NCBI GenBank assembly: GCA_963706975.1
Contig: CAVPOL010000057.1
Span: forward strand, 76,499-140,498
Direction: 5' to 3'
Source: an uncultured Alphaproteobacteria bacterium
Lineage (GTDB): Bacteria; Pseudomonadota; Alphaproteobacteria; Rhizobiales; Xanthobacteraceae
DNA: 64,000 nucleotides
The notes under the pieces were generated by a model. It worked only from the letters and a program-made list of their open reading frames with translations, made no database searches and was not told where the DNA came from. Numbering within the stretch: the stretch's first letter is position 1; every line of letters starts with the position of its first letter. Positions 43,056 to 54,021 of the stretch are shown here, in pieces. The position numbers were made by a program, and so were the translations under genes.

Positions 43056-43188
43056 CCCTCATGGTGAGGAGCACGTTGGCGGCGCCCTTGCGCTGCCGAC
43101 GTGCGTCTCGAACCATCTGGCACGTCGTCCCGTTCATCCTTCGAGACGCCCGTCTCCGCTGCGCTTCGCCGGGCTCCTCAGGATGAGG
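43056..43188. repeat. REP-like palindrome pair (CTCATxxTGAGGAG type)
   Basis: cctcatggtgaggagc...gcgtctcgaa / ttcgagacgc...gctcctcaggatgagg. Confidence 0.75.
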
Positions 43189-43321
43189 TTCTTTTCCGAT
43201 GCGTGAGCGCCGATGACAGAACAGTGAACGCGACGGACCATTGCCGTTTCCTCGGCACTGAATATTGTGCCGGCCACGCGCCCGGTTTAAGAAACATCCG
43301 CACATCCAAGGAGAATTGACG

Positions 43322-43807
43322 ATGACCATCAACGTTGGCGACAGGCTGCCGGAAGCAAAATTTCGCGTGATGACGGCGGAAGGGCCGCAGGTCAAGACCA
43401 CCGACGACATCTTCAAGGGCAAGAAGGTCGCGCTGTTCGCGGTGCCCGGCGCCTATACCGGCACCTGCCACAAGATGCACCTGCCGAGCATTTTCCTCAA
43501 CGCCTATGCCATCAAGGACAAGGGCGTGAACACCATCGCCATCGTCTCGGTCAACGACGCCTTCGTCATGAACGCCTGGAAGCGCGACACCGACCAGCGC
43601 GACGAAGCCACCTTCCTCGCCGACGGCAATGCCGATTTTACCAAGGCGATCGGCATGGAGCTTGACGCTTCCGGCAACGGGCTCGGCATCCGCTCCAAGC
43701 GCTACTCGATGCTGGTCGACGACGGCGTGGTGAAGTCGATCAATCTCGAGCCGGCGCCCGGCAAGGTCGAGGTTTCCGGCGGCGATACGCTGCTCGGGCA
43801 GCTCTGA
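43322..43807 (+). CDS. Peroxiredoxin (Prx5 type)
   Basis: PGAYTGTCHKMHLP, SVNDAFVMNAW, RSKRYSMLV. Confidence 0.92.
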   Translation: MTINVGDRLPEAKFRVMTAEGPQVKTTDDIFKGKKVALFAVPGAYTGTCHKMHLPSIFLNAYAIKDKGVNTIAIVSVNDAFVMNAWKRDTDQRDEATFLADGNADFTKAIGMELDASGNGLGIRSKRYSMLVDDGVVKSINLEPAPGKVEVSGGDTLLGQL

Positions 43808-43821
43808 GAAGGACTTCTTTT

Positions 43822-43938
43822 TCCCTTCTCCCCTTGTGGGAGAAGGTGGCGCGCGAAGCGCGCCGGATGAGGGGTCTGTCTCCGCGGCGAGAACCCCTCA
43901 CCCGTCGCCTCACTTCGTGAGGCGCCACCCTCTCCCGC
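43822..43938. repeat. REP-like element (CCCTCTCCC type), split by the IS; resumes at 45216-45233
   Basis: cccttctccccttgtgggagaagg ... caccctctcccgc | IS | cccgcaaggggagaggga. Confidence 0.75.
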
Positions 43939-45215
43939 TGTTCAGACCGGGGACATGGTGGACGGGTGTTCGGAGACATCGTGGACACTTTCGGGCCTGG
44001 GGTCGAGAGGCCGAATGTCGATAGTTGCAATTGTCTGGGTTCGGAAGACGACGTCGAAGACGCCATCCTGTGTAGTCGGTCGGAACGCGATCGTTTTGCC
44101 ACGGAAAGCCTTGGGGACTTTGACGTTGCGGCCGAGCAAGCTGACGTGACCGCCCTGCTGGATACGCCGCACGATGTCGCCCGGCGCGTATTCGAAGGCA
44201 GCGACGGTCTCGACATAATCGCGCGGGCTCGGCTGATAGCGGCTGGCCGGCACGGCAAGCTCGATCGCCTCGTGCGGTCGCTGCGTGTTGTAGACATTGC
44301 GCCAGCGATCGAAGACGCGTTCGGCAGCGGCCAGATCGGCAAAGGGCGGACCGGAAAGCACCTCGGCCTTGAGGCTGCGGTGGAAGCGTTCGTCCTTGCC
44401 CATGGTCTGCGGATGATAGGGCCGCGAGTGGCTGATCCTGACGCCATGTTCGATCAGCCAGACCCCGAGCGGAGTGAACGGGCTTCCCGGTCCGTCGCCC
44501 CAGGGCGAACCGTTGTCGGTGATCAATGTCTCGGGCAGGCCGTAACGGCGGAAGGCGAGAACAAGCTGCTGCTTTGACCGTCTCGGTCTGCTCGTTGCCA
44601 CAGGCGGCAAGCACCACGGCAAAACGCGAATGATCGTCGAGCACGGTCAGCGGGTGCAGCCGGCCAGCGTGCAAGGCAACATGGCCCTTGAAGTCCATCT
44701 GCCACAGCTCGTTCGGTCGCGCCCGCTCGAAACGGGTGAAGGAGCGATCTGACCGCCGCCATGCGCGCCCAGTTCGATACCGTGGCGCTTCAGGATCGCC
44801 GTCACCGTCGATGGCGACCGGCACTGGATCGTGCCCCAGATCCTTCAGCCGCCTGGCGATCTTGCGGCCGCCCCAGGCCGGATGCTCGGTCCGCACCGAA
44901 AGCACGGCTAGCTCGGTCGCCGCAACGCTGCGCGAGGGCGAATTCTGCGGCCGGCGCGACAACTCCTGAAGCCAAGCCATCCCGCCGAAAGGTTGCCAAC
45001 GAGCCAGCCATTTGTAACCGGTCGTCGGGCTGATCCCGAAGCGGCGGCACAGCCTCCGAACATTGGCTCCTTCCACCGAAGCAAGCATCACAAACTCCAA
45101 TTTCGCGTCCATCCGGGATCCCTCGTGGAACGGCATCCGACAGCCTCCATGATTCGCTGTCGAAAGTGTCCACGATGTCTCCGAACACCTGTCCACTATG
45201 TCTCCGGTCTGAACA
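43939..45215 (-). mobile_element. IS481-family insertion sequence, 1277 bp
   Basis: TGT...ACA ends, ~55-bp near-perfect terminal inverted repeats, 5-bp direct repeat CCCGC at 43934-43938 and 45216-45220. Confidence 0.93.
43942..45136 (-). CDS. IS481-family DDE transposase (frameshifted)
   Basis: LCRRFGISPTTGYKW, PNELWQMDFKG, TDNGSPW, HPQTMGKDERFHRSLK. Confidence 0.9.
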
Positions 45216-45254
45216 CCCGCAAGGGGAGAGGGAAGGCAGGCTCAATCGTGCGCG

Positions 45255-45707
45255 CTACTTCTTCAACCTTGCCATCGCCACGCCTTCGCGGGCCAACTGG
45301 TCGGCGCGTTCGTTTTCGTCGTGGCCGGCGTGGCCCTTGACCCAGTGCCAGCGCACCTGGTGCTGGTGCAGGGCCGCGTCCAGCCGCTGCCAGAGGTCGA
45401 CATTCTTGACCGGCTTCTTGTCCGAGGTGCGCCAGCCGTTCCTCTTCCAGCCGTGGATCCAGCCGGTGATGCCCTGCCGGACATACTGGCTGTCGGTGTA
45501 GAGATCGACGCTGCAGGGCTTTTTCAGCGCTTCCAGCGCCGAGATCGCCGCCATCAGCTCCATGCGGTTGTTGGTGGTATGCGCCTCGCCGCCCTTCAGT
45601 TCCTTTTCGACCTCGCCGAATTTCAGGATCGCGCCCCAGCCGCCGGGGCCCGGATTGCCCGAGCAGGCGCCGTCGGTATGAACGATGACGTTCGGAGGCG
45701 AACTCAC
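45255..45707 (-). CDS. rnhA: Ribonuclease HI
   Basis: [38 protein letters not shown]. Confidence 0.97.
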   Translation of the reverse strand: MSSPPNVIVHTDGACSGNPGPGGWGAILKFGEVEKELKGGEAHTTNNRMELMAAISALEALKKPCSVDLYTDSQYVRQGITGWIHGWKRNGWRTSDKKPVKNVDLWQRLDAALHQHQVRWHWVKGHAGHDENERADQLAREGVAMARLKK

Positions 45708-46688
45708 GCCACCAGTCCCCGGGCTTCGACGCCGTAATCGCGGATGCTCGAGACCCCCTGCTGGAAGCGCAGCTTGCGGAAATATTCCAGCGGATCCTTC
45801 GGCCGCACCAGCGCGCCCGGGGGCACGTTGAGGAAATCGACCAGCCGCGTCAGCAAGAAGCGCAGCGCCGCACCGCGCGCCAGCAGCGGCAGCGCGTCCT
45901 GCTCGGCGCTCGTCAGTTCGCGCTCGCGGCCATAGGCGCCGAGAAACGCGCGCGCCTTGGTTACGTTGAACGAGCAATCGCTCTCGAAACACCAGGCGTT
46001 GAGGCAGATCGCGACGTCATAGGCCAGCATGTCGTTGCAGGCGAAAGTAAAATCGATCAGGCCGGACACTTTTTCGCCGAGGAAGAACACATTGTCGGGA
46101 AACAGATCGGCGTGGATCACGCCTTGCGGCAGATCCTTCGGCCAGATGCCGCTTTCGAGAACATCGAGTTCGGCGGCAAGGAAATCGCGCAGAGCCGTGC
46201 TGCACCTCGTCGGCCCGCGAAGCGGCCTGCTCGAACAGCGGACGCCAGCCTGATACCGACAGCGCGTTGGCGCGCGTCATGGCAAAATCGCGGCCGGCCA
46301 GATGCATCTTCGCCAGCGCCTGGCCGACGCCGGCGCAGTGCGCGGCGTTGGCCTTTCGCGGCCAGATGCCCTCGAGGAAATTGATGATCACGGCGGGCCG
46401 GCCGGCCAGCGTGCTCAGCGCCTCGCCGCTTCTGTTGCGCAGCGGCTGCGGGCAGATGATGCCGCGGCTCGCCAGATGCGTCATCAGGCCGAGAAAGAAC
46501 GGCAGTTCGTCTTTGGCGACGCGCTTTTCATACAGCGTCAGGATGTAATAGCCGGCGCCCGTGTGCAGCAGGAAGTTGGAATTCTCGACACCCTCGGCGA
46601 TGCCCTTGTAGGACAACAGGCCGCCGATGTCGTAATTGGACAGAAACTCCGCAAGCTCGTCGGCGGCGACGTCGGTGTAGACCGCCAT
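45704..46688 (-). CDS. thrB: Homoserine kinase type II (frameshift near 46190)
   Basis: [27 protein letters not shown]; ispH-thrB-rnhA synteny. Confidence 0.92.
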
Positions 46689-46694
46689 GGCCGT

Positions 46695-47659
46695 CTACGC
46701 CGCGTCGGGCCGCAGCGAACGCGGCAGCGGGAAGAACTCGTTCTCCTCCGCGGCCGAGACCGTCTCCACGTGCAAATCGTAACGTTCGGCGAAGGCGCCC
46801 ATGATCTCCTCGACGATCACTTCCGGCGCGGAAGCGCCCGCGGTGATGCCGAGGCTCCTGATGCCCTCGAACATCTTCCAGTCGAGATCGCTGGCGCGCT
46901 GCGCCAGTACCGCGACCGGACAGCCCTCGCGTTCGGCGACTTCGCGCAGCCGCTGCGAGTTCGACGAGTTCGGCGCGCCGACCACGATCAGCGCGTCGAC
47001 CACCGGCGCCACCTTCTTCACCGCGAGCTGCCGGTTGGTGGTGGCGTAGCAGATGTCTTCCTTGTGCGGGCCGGAGATGTTCGGGAAACCGGCCCTTCAG
47101 CAACGCCACGATTTCGGCGGTGTCGTCGATCGACAGCGTCGTCTGCGTCACGAAAGCCAGGTTGTTGGGATCCTTCGGCGTAAAGGTCTTGGCGTCTTCC
47201 GCGGTCTCGATCAGCGTCACCGCGCCGGCAGGCAATTGGCCGAGCGTGCCGACCACTTCCGGATGGTGCGAATGCCCGATCAGCAGGATTTCCCGGCCGC
47301 GCTTGAAATGGATCGCCGCCTCCCGGTGCACCTTGGTGACCAGCGGGCAGGTGGCGTCCAGCGAGAAGAAATTGCGGGCGCGGGCGTCGGCGGGAACCGA
47401 TTTCGGCACCCCATGGGCGGAAAATACCACCGGCGCGTTGGTATTGTCGGGGATCTCGGCCAATTCCTCGACGAAAATCGCGCCCTTTGGTGCGGAGGCT
47501 GTCGACCACATATTTGTTATGGACGATCTCGTGGCGGACATAGACCGGGGCGCCATAGATGGTCAGCGCCCGTTCCACGGTGTCGATCGCCCGGACCACG
47601 CCGGCACAGAAGCCGCGGGGCGAGCAAAGCACGATTTTCAGGGGTGGTTTGGCTGACAT
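46695..47659 (-). CDS. ispH: 4-hydroxy-3-methylbut-2-enyl diphosphate reductase (frameshifts near 47490 and 47085)
   Basis: [37 protein letters not shown]. Confidence 0.93.
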
Positions 47660-47874
47660 GGGGGACCATCTCGGACCTGATAACCCCATGCCGCCGGGCA
47701 GGGAACGGTCAATTCGAATAAGGACTTGGGACTGCTTTCGGGCGCTGTCAAGGCTGTTTAACAGGCCATTGCGCGCATACCCCCAGACGGCTTATATAGG
47801 GTGTAATTCCCGTCATCACCGATGACCACTGGCTTCGCCTCCCTGAGGTGGGCGAAGCGCTAAGGAGATTTGCC

Positions 47875-48567
47875 ATGAGCAATGCACCGCTGATGCCAAA
47901 GGCGACTGCCGTGTGGCTGGTCGACAATACCGCTTTGACCTTCGACCAGGTGGCGGATTTCACCAAAATGCACCCGCTGGAGGTCCGCGCCATCGCCGAC
48001 GGCGACGCCGCCCAGGGCATCAAGGGCATGGACCCGATTTCCAATGGCCAGCTCACCCGCCAGGAGATCGAAAGGGGCGAACAGGACCCGAATTACCGGC
48101 TCAAGCTCGAAGAGAGCAAGGTGACGCTGCCGCCGGCCGCCAAGAAGAAGGGCCCGCGCTATACCCCGGTGTCGCGCCGCCACGAGCGGCCGAGCGCGAT
48201 CCTGTGGCTGGTGCGCAACCACGCCGAATTGAAGGACGCCCAGATCATGCGCCTGGTCGGCACCACCAAGACCACGATCGCCTCGGTCCGCGACCGCACC
48301 CACTGGAATGCCTCTACCCTGACCCCGATGGATCCGGTGACGCTCGGCCTGTGCTCGCAGATCGAGCTCGATTTCGAGGTGCAGCGCGCCGCCAAGGAAA
48401 AACCGATCGAATCCGCCTATGGCGGCGCCACCCTGCTGCCGGCCTCCGAGACCACCCGCAAGGAGCCGGAATACGAGCCGAGCGAAAAGCAGCGCGACGA
48501 TCTTAATGTCGATGCGGTGTTCGCCAAGCTGAAGACGATCGGCGGCAAGAAGCAGGACGAGGAGTAG
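47875..48567 (+). CDS. trcR: DUF1013 / TrcR-family RNA polymerase-associated factor
   Basis: PLMPKATAVWLVDNTALTF, RYTPVSRR, THWN, DPVTLGLCSQ; TAAGGAG RBS. Confidence 0.85.
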   Translation: MSNAPLMPKATAVWLVDNTALTFDQVADFTKMHPLEVRAIADGDAAQGIKGMDPISNGQLTRQEIERGEQDPNYRLKLEESKVTLPPAAKKKGPRYTPVSRRHERPSAILWLVRNHAELKDAQIMRLVGTTKTTIASVRDRTHWNASTLTPMDPVTLGLCSQIELDFEVQRAAKEKPIESAYGGATLLPASETTRKEPEYEPSEKQRDDLNVDAVFAKLKTIGGKKQDEE

Positions 48568-48625
48568 GCTGGCGATGCGTTCAAGCGTGCTCGCGTTGGC
48601 GCGTTATGCCGCGTCAAATAAAGCT

Positions 48626-48724
48626 CGTCATCCCCGCGAAAGCGGGGACCAGTATGCCGCGGCCTTTCGGCTTAACAACGGACGTCTCTGGAATACTGGA
48701 TCACCCGCTTACGCGGGTGACGAC
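48626..48724. repeat. REP-like palindrome pair
   Basis: gtcatccccgcgaaagcgggga..ccagta / tactgg..cccgcttacgcgggtgacgac. Confidence 0.75.
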
Positions 48725-48789
48725 AGCTGAGGGAATTTCGCATTTGTTGGGCCCCGCGGCTCGCTACCGGCGAACTCACGAGATCCTTC

Positions 48790-49008
48790 TCACGCCTTCT
48801 TCAAAAACTCCGTGCGCAGCACCAGGCCCTTGACCTTGTCGGTGCGGCCCTCGATCTCGTCGGCATTGTCGGTGAGATGAATCCCCCTGATCATGGTGCC
48901 GCGCTTGAGCACCGTGGAGGAGCCCTTCAGCTTGAGGTCCTTGATCAGCGTGACGCTGTCGCCTTCGGCGAGCAGCGCACCGTTGGCGTCTCTGACCTTG
49001 ATGTCCAT
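48790..49008 (-). CDS. PhnA/YjdM C-terminal domain protein
   Basis: VRDANGALLAEGDSVTLIKDLKLKG...LRTEFLKKA. Confidence 0.85.
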   Translation of the reverse strand: MDIKVRDANGALLAEGDSVTLIKDLKLKGSSTVLKRGTMIRGIHLTDNADEIEGRTDKVKGLVLRTEFLKKA

Positions 49009-49411
49009 GACGGTGTCCTTTGAGAAACTCTGAAGGCCCACTTCTTCCCTTCTCAAGGGGCAGAAGGCACGCCAGGCCGTAGAGGTCAGCATATAGCATC
49101 GGCCCAGTCCCTGTCGGCAGGTTCCGTCAGGCCTCTCGGTCGGCAGGGTAATGAAGATGGCGAGGGTCTCGATCGGCCGTCGCCATCTTCCATTCCGCCA
49201 CGTCCATATTCCCGGATTGGTCCAGCATCTCGATTCGTGGCCGCCTCGATCACTTCTGACGGTTGATGGCTCCTTTTAATGTTGCAGTTTGCCCCTTTTG
49301 GGTAAGCTGGCCGCCAGCCAGGCGAAGCTCTAGCAGCCCTGACTTCCCTCGGCGGGGCCCGGTGCCCGACGTTGGGCTCGCGAGGGCCCGTTTCCCATTG
49401 GAGAGGCCGCC

Positions 49412-49933
49412 ATGAACCGCTCGATGATTGCCGCAGCACTGATCCTGACCGCTACTGCGGCGAACGCTCAAGCGCCCTATGGCGGGATGCAAACCCGGCC
49501 GATCAAGGCGCTATCGGAACAGCAAATAGCCGACCTTGGGGCCGGTCGAGGCATGGGATTTGCCCTTGCGGCGGAGCTGAACGGATATCCAGGTCCGTCT
49601 CACGTTCTGGAACTGGCCGACAGGCTGGAGCTGACGGCGGACCAGCGCGCCGGCATCAAGGCGCTTTTCAATTCCATGAAGGCCGAGGCCTTGCCGCTCG
49701 GCGCGAGGGTGGTCGAGCAGGAAGCCGATCTGGACAAGCAGTTTGCCAGCCGCACCGTGACGCCGGAAAGCCTCAGGGCGTCAATCGCAGCCCTTGCCAA
49801 AACACAGGGCGAGCTTCGCGAAACCCACCTCAAGTATCATCTATCGACGGTGACCGTGCTCAGCCACCGTCAGATGCAGCGCTATGCCGAGTTGCGCGGT
49901 TATGGCGATAAGCCGATGCAGCACCGTCATTGA
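49412..49933 (+). CDS. Spy/CpxP (LTXXQ)-like periplasmic protein
   Basis: Signal peptide, AAELNGYPGPSHVLELAD, LTADQ, LSHRQ. Confidence 0.75.
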   Translation: MNRSMIAAALILTATAANAQAPYGGMQTRPIKALSEQQIADLGAGRGMGFALAAELNGYPGPSHVLELADRLELTADQRAGIKALFNSMKAEALPLGARVVEQEADLDKQFASRTVTPESLRASIAALAKTQGELRETHLKYHLSTVTVLSHRQMQRYAELRGYGDKPMQHRH

Positions 49934-50352
49934 AAGGAACGGAGCCGCTGGAGACAAATCATCGAAAATCACGCAATCGGGTCCCGCGCCGCCCGCGCAG
50001 GATGTATCGCAACTCGTGACGAAAGCAGCGAGGCTGCGCTCCAATGCCTTTAGTTCCGCAAGCTTCGCGCGCACGGCGACCAAATGCTCCTGTGCAAGGT
50101 CACGCGCCTGCACGCAGGGGCTGGCAGGGTCTTGCACCAGCGCCACAAGAGAACGCACCTGATCGATGGAGAAGCCAAACTCGCGACAGCGCCGGATGAA
50201 CGTCAGGCTCTTCACATCGGCATCGGTGTAGACGCGCTGATTACCAGCCTGACGGCCGGCGAACGAAGCAATCCGATCTCCTCGTAATACCGGATCGTCG
50301 GCGCATTGGTGCCGGTCTGCTTGGCTAAAGCGCCGATCTTGAGATTGCTCAT
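49841..50352 (-). CDS. MerR-family metal-responsive regulator (frameshift near 50245; 3' end uncertain)
   Basis: MSNLKIGALAKQTGTNAPTIRYYEEIGLL, FIRRCREFGFSI, CAGGAGPDCVI. Confidence 0.85.
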
Positions 50353-50381
50353 CTATCTGATTTACCGCGATTTCTTTCCGC

Positions 50382-50412
50382 TTGAACCTCAAGTTACTTG
50401 AGGATGTAGGGT
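50382..50412 (+). promoter_or_regulatory. MerR-type promoter/operator
   Basis: TTGAAC-19 bp-TAGGGT with perfect dyad CCTCAAGT-T-ACTTGAGG. Confidence 0.85.
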
Positions 50413-50453
50413 CAGGGCAAGCTCTGATCTGACCACCGCACCAGGAGACTGCC

Positions 50454-51171
50454 ATGACGATTGTTGAAGCACCGCCTTGCCTGCACGCTTGCGCCTGGGA
50501 AGTTTAGGGACCGGCTTGCCTGGATTGCCGCCTTGAACAAGGACGCGCTGCGGAAATACGAGCGTCGCGATCTTGTATTGGAATTGAGCTATGCGGTGGA
50601 AGCGCGCGAGCGCGTGCACGAGATGGTCCGCAACGAACAGGACGTGCTGCGCATTCCTCGCCTTTGAACTGCACGAGGCGGGAAACGAAATCCGCCTCAC
50701 TGTCACGGCACCCGAAACGGCCCGCGACGCTGCGGACAGCTTGTTTGGGCAGTTTGTGGCAAACGCGCCCGCACCATCGTCATGCGCGTGCGCCACTCGG
50801 CATCCGCCGTGGAGGCGCTTCCGAAGAAACTGCGGGGTTCGAAGGCCGCAGGCGTCGCGGCCGTGACGCTCTCGACTGGCGCGGTTGCGTGCGGAGTATG
50901 TTGTGTCCTGCCGTTTGCACTGCCGGCAACATTTATCGCCAGCACCGGATCCATGTTGGCGTGGTTCGTCAACATGCATGTGTGGGTCACCATCCTCGCG
51001 ATCCTCGCGGTCGTGGGCGCATGGGGCTGGATCGCGTGGCAGACGCGCCGCACGAGCCGCAAGCCAGCCATATCAACGCTGTTCATGATGGGAACGGCAA
51101 CGGGGTTATTGACGGTCGCCGTGTTATGGCAGCTGCTTGAAAAGCCCCTTATTCGAATGCTGCGGGTCTGA
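50454..51171 (+). CDS. Cys-rich soluble domain fused to MerT/MerF-like 3-TM domain (frameshifted)
   Basis: AGGAG RBS; ACTL, CCAFLAFEL, SCAC, ACGVCCVLPFALP across frames. Confidence 0.6.
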
Positions 51172-51231
51172 ACCCGCGACGATTTGATCCGCTGCCTTGA
51201 ACGGCAGCGGATGCCGTGAGAAATTCGAACC

Positions 51232-51556
51232 ATGAAAACCGCTATCGTCTACGTTGGGGCCGCTGTCGCCGAAATCGCGGGCTGCTTTGCGTTCTGGGGC
51301 TGGTTGCGCCTCGGCAAGCCGATCTGGTGGCTCGTTCCAGGCGTATTCTCGCTCATCGTATTCGCGTACCTGTTGACGTTGGTCGAGACCGGAGCGGCGG
51401 GACGCGCTTACGCCACCTATGGCGGCATCTACATTGTCGCGTCCCTTGTCTGGCTTTGGGTGGTCAGAGAGCGCGCGTCCGGACCGCTGGGACATCGCGG
51501 GCGCTTCCATATGTCTGATCGGCGCAGCCGTCATTCTCTGGGGGCCGCGCGGGTAG
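51232..51556 (+). CDS. YnfA-family SMR protein (frameshift near 51470)
   Basis: [25 protein letters not shown]. Confidence 0.85.
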
Positions 51557-51634
51557 GGTCGACCGTTGGTATCCTTCGGCGGGCATGAATTGACGCCGGG
51601 ACCGCGAGCACGCACTTTGCGGAATTGTTTGGGG

Positions 51635-51868
51635 TCAGCGGCGGAGGTTCACGTTGATCAGGCATCTGGTCACCTGCCGGTCGCAGCGGACCATGCATTT
51701 GTTCTGATGCCCCCGGAAGTCCCCGGCCCCGCCCGTGAAGTTGGCACATCTGCCGACGCAATTGGCGGCCTGATCCTCACATCGAAAGCCATTCGCTGCT
51801 TCTGCCGGAGAGGTGAGCAGCACTGCGGCGCCCATGAGCATGATCGCGAAGAAATGTTGCCGTGTCAT
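51635..51868 (-). CDS. Small secreted six-Cys protein
   Basis: GGAGG RBS, signal peptide ending AEA, CEDQAANCVGRC...CMVRCDRQVTRC. Confidence 0.6.
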   Translation of the reverse strand: MTRQHFFAIMLMGAAVLLTSPAEAANGFRCEDQAANCVGRCANFTGGAGDFRGHQNKCMVRCDRQVTRCLINVNLRR

Positions 51869-51973
51869 GGTCGAACCTCCCGACAAAGGCGCAGAGTGCC
51901 GCGCTGTCCAACCGCCCCGGCTCAAGGGTCCGCCGGCGGCGTCACAAATAATGAACCCGGCGTCTCGCCGGGG

Positions 51974-53866
51974 TCAAATCGCAAATTGTCGTCCAATCTC
52001 GACAACCTCATCCCTCGGCAGGTGGAAGTAGTCGATCGTCTCGCTCGAATTGCGCAGCATGAACGAGAACACGACCTCTACCAGCCACGGCAGCCCCTTG
52101 CCATCCTTGCGCCTGACGACCGTCTCGCGCCCGATGTAATAGGTCACCGCGCTGAGCGACCGGGTAGCCTTCCGCGCGCGCACGCTCCAGCAAGGCCGGC
52201 AGATCCGGCTGCTCCATAAAACCGTAATGAGCCTGGTTTCGCCACACCTGCGGAGCGATCTGGCGCACCTGTAACCGGTCCTTCTCCGCCACGTAGGGGA
52301 TCATCTCGGTGACAACATTGAGGATGCCGACTGAATCGTGCAACGCGTGAGTGTGTCTGAGGTGCCAGACCACGAGCGGCGGAATCTCGCGCGTGATGCG
52401 TGCCACGAACACAGCAGTGCCGGGCACGCGCTTGATCTCGCCGCTGTCGATCTGCGCGACGATATCCTCGATCGGCATCTGCGGCTCATTCGCCAATGGC
52501 GTGCACCGCGGCGCTGCCCGTTTGCCAGATCCGCATCAGCGCGAACAGCACGATGGCAAACAGCACAGGCACCCATCCGCCGTCGGCAAACTTCAACAGG
52601 TTGGCGGACAGGAAGGCTCCCTCCACGGCGGCAAAGCCGACGCCGATCGCGATCACCGCCGGCAGCGGCAAGCCCCAGATCTCGCGTAGCGCAATCGAAA
52701 GCAGGAAGGTCGTCAGCACCATGTCCGCCGACACCGCTATTCCATAGGCGGCGGCCAGATTTTCCGAGGTTTTGAAGCTGATGGCAAGCGCGAGCGTTGC
52801 AGCCATCAGCAGCCAGTTCACCGCGGGCACGTAGATCTGGCCAAATCCCCCGGCCGACGTCTGCACGATTCTGCATCTTGGGGAGGCAGCCCAGCTGGAT
52901 CGCCTGGCGTGTCATCGAGAAGGCACCCGTGATGACCGCCTGGCTCGCGACGGCGGTCGCAATCGTGGCGAGTATGACCAGCGGCAGCAGCAACACCGGC
53001 GCGGGGCAGAGGCGGAAGAAGAGACTGCCGTCGGCCGCGCCGCCGGCCAGCACGAGGGCCGCCTGCCCCGCATAATTCAGCACCAGCGCCGGGAAAACCA
53101 CGCACCAGCCCAACCGGATCGGAGTGCGGCCGAAATGGCCGAGGTCGGCATAGAGCGCCTCCGCCCCGGTGACGCAAAGGAACACGCCGCCAAGCACCAG
53201 CATGACGTTGCCACCGCCGGAAAACAGGAAGTTCAGGCCCAGTACCGGATTGAGGGCCCATAGCACCGCCGGATACTGCGCGATCCCCCACAGGCCGAGC
53301 AGGGCAAGCACCAGGAACCAGACCGCCATGACCGGCCCCAGGAATTGACCGAGCACAGCCGTCCCGCGTTGCTGCACGGCGAACAAGGCGGCGAGAATGA
53401 CCACGGTCCCCGGCAGTACGAAGCGGGCAAGCTCGGGGGCGATGACCTCCAGGCCCTCCATTGCCGACAGCACCGAGATCGCCGGCGTGAGGGCGCAGTC
53501 GCCGTACACCAGCGCCGCGCCGAACATGCCGATGAGCAGGACGAGGCGCCGTCCCGGCTTGCGGCTCAGCAGCGCCATCAATGCGAGAACGCCACCTTCG
53601 CCCTGATTGTCGACCCGGAGCGCCAGGATGATGTACTTTACCGTCGTGATGATGATGAGCGTCCACACGATCAGCGACAGCGAGCCAAGAACGGCCTCCG
53701 CCGCCGGCTGCTTGCCCGCGGCGCCAAGCACGACCTTGAGCGTATAGAGCGGGCTTGTGCCGATATCGCCATAAACCACGCCAAGGGCCGCCAAACTCAG
53801 CGCGGCGCGGCTGTGCCCGTGATGGTGAGCAGAATCCTTGTTCGCTTCAACGGCCCCTTGAACCAT
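51974..53866 (-). CDS. kup: KUP/HAK potassium transporter (several frameshifts)
   Basis: LGVVYGDIGTSPLY, TGAEALYADLGHFG, GQIYVPAVNW, VVEIGRQ. Confidence 0.9.
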
Positions 53867-53950
53867 TGTACCCCCCCAGGCACCCTCTCGCGCACTATCC
53901 GGATGGATTTTCCGGACCACCCAGACTTGGGCGATCGTTGCCGATCCAGA

Positions 53951-53964
53951 TTGATCTGGATCAA
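53951..53964. promoter_or_regulatory. Perfect FNR/FixK box upstream of kup
   Basis: TTGAT-CTGG-ATCAA, 85 bp upstream of the kup start. Confidence 0.7.
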
Positions 53965-54021
53965 GAGGGACAGGACCGAGCGCTTCCCGGCTCCGGCACC
54001 TTGCGCCGAGTATCGCCTCCC

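Noticed and set aside
41267-43123. Long antisense ORFs such as the 618-aa ORF opposite fadD
   Set aside because: Shadow ORFs expected from high GC and codon bias; no recognisable domains
43942-45136. Programmed frameshifting in the transposase
   Set aside because: IS481 transposases are normally single ORFs, no slippery site is evident, and indels are pervasive in this assembly
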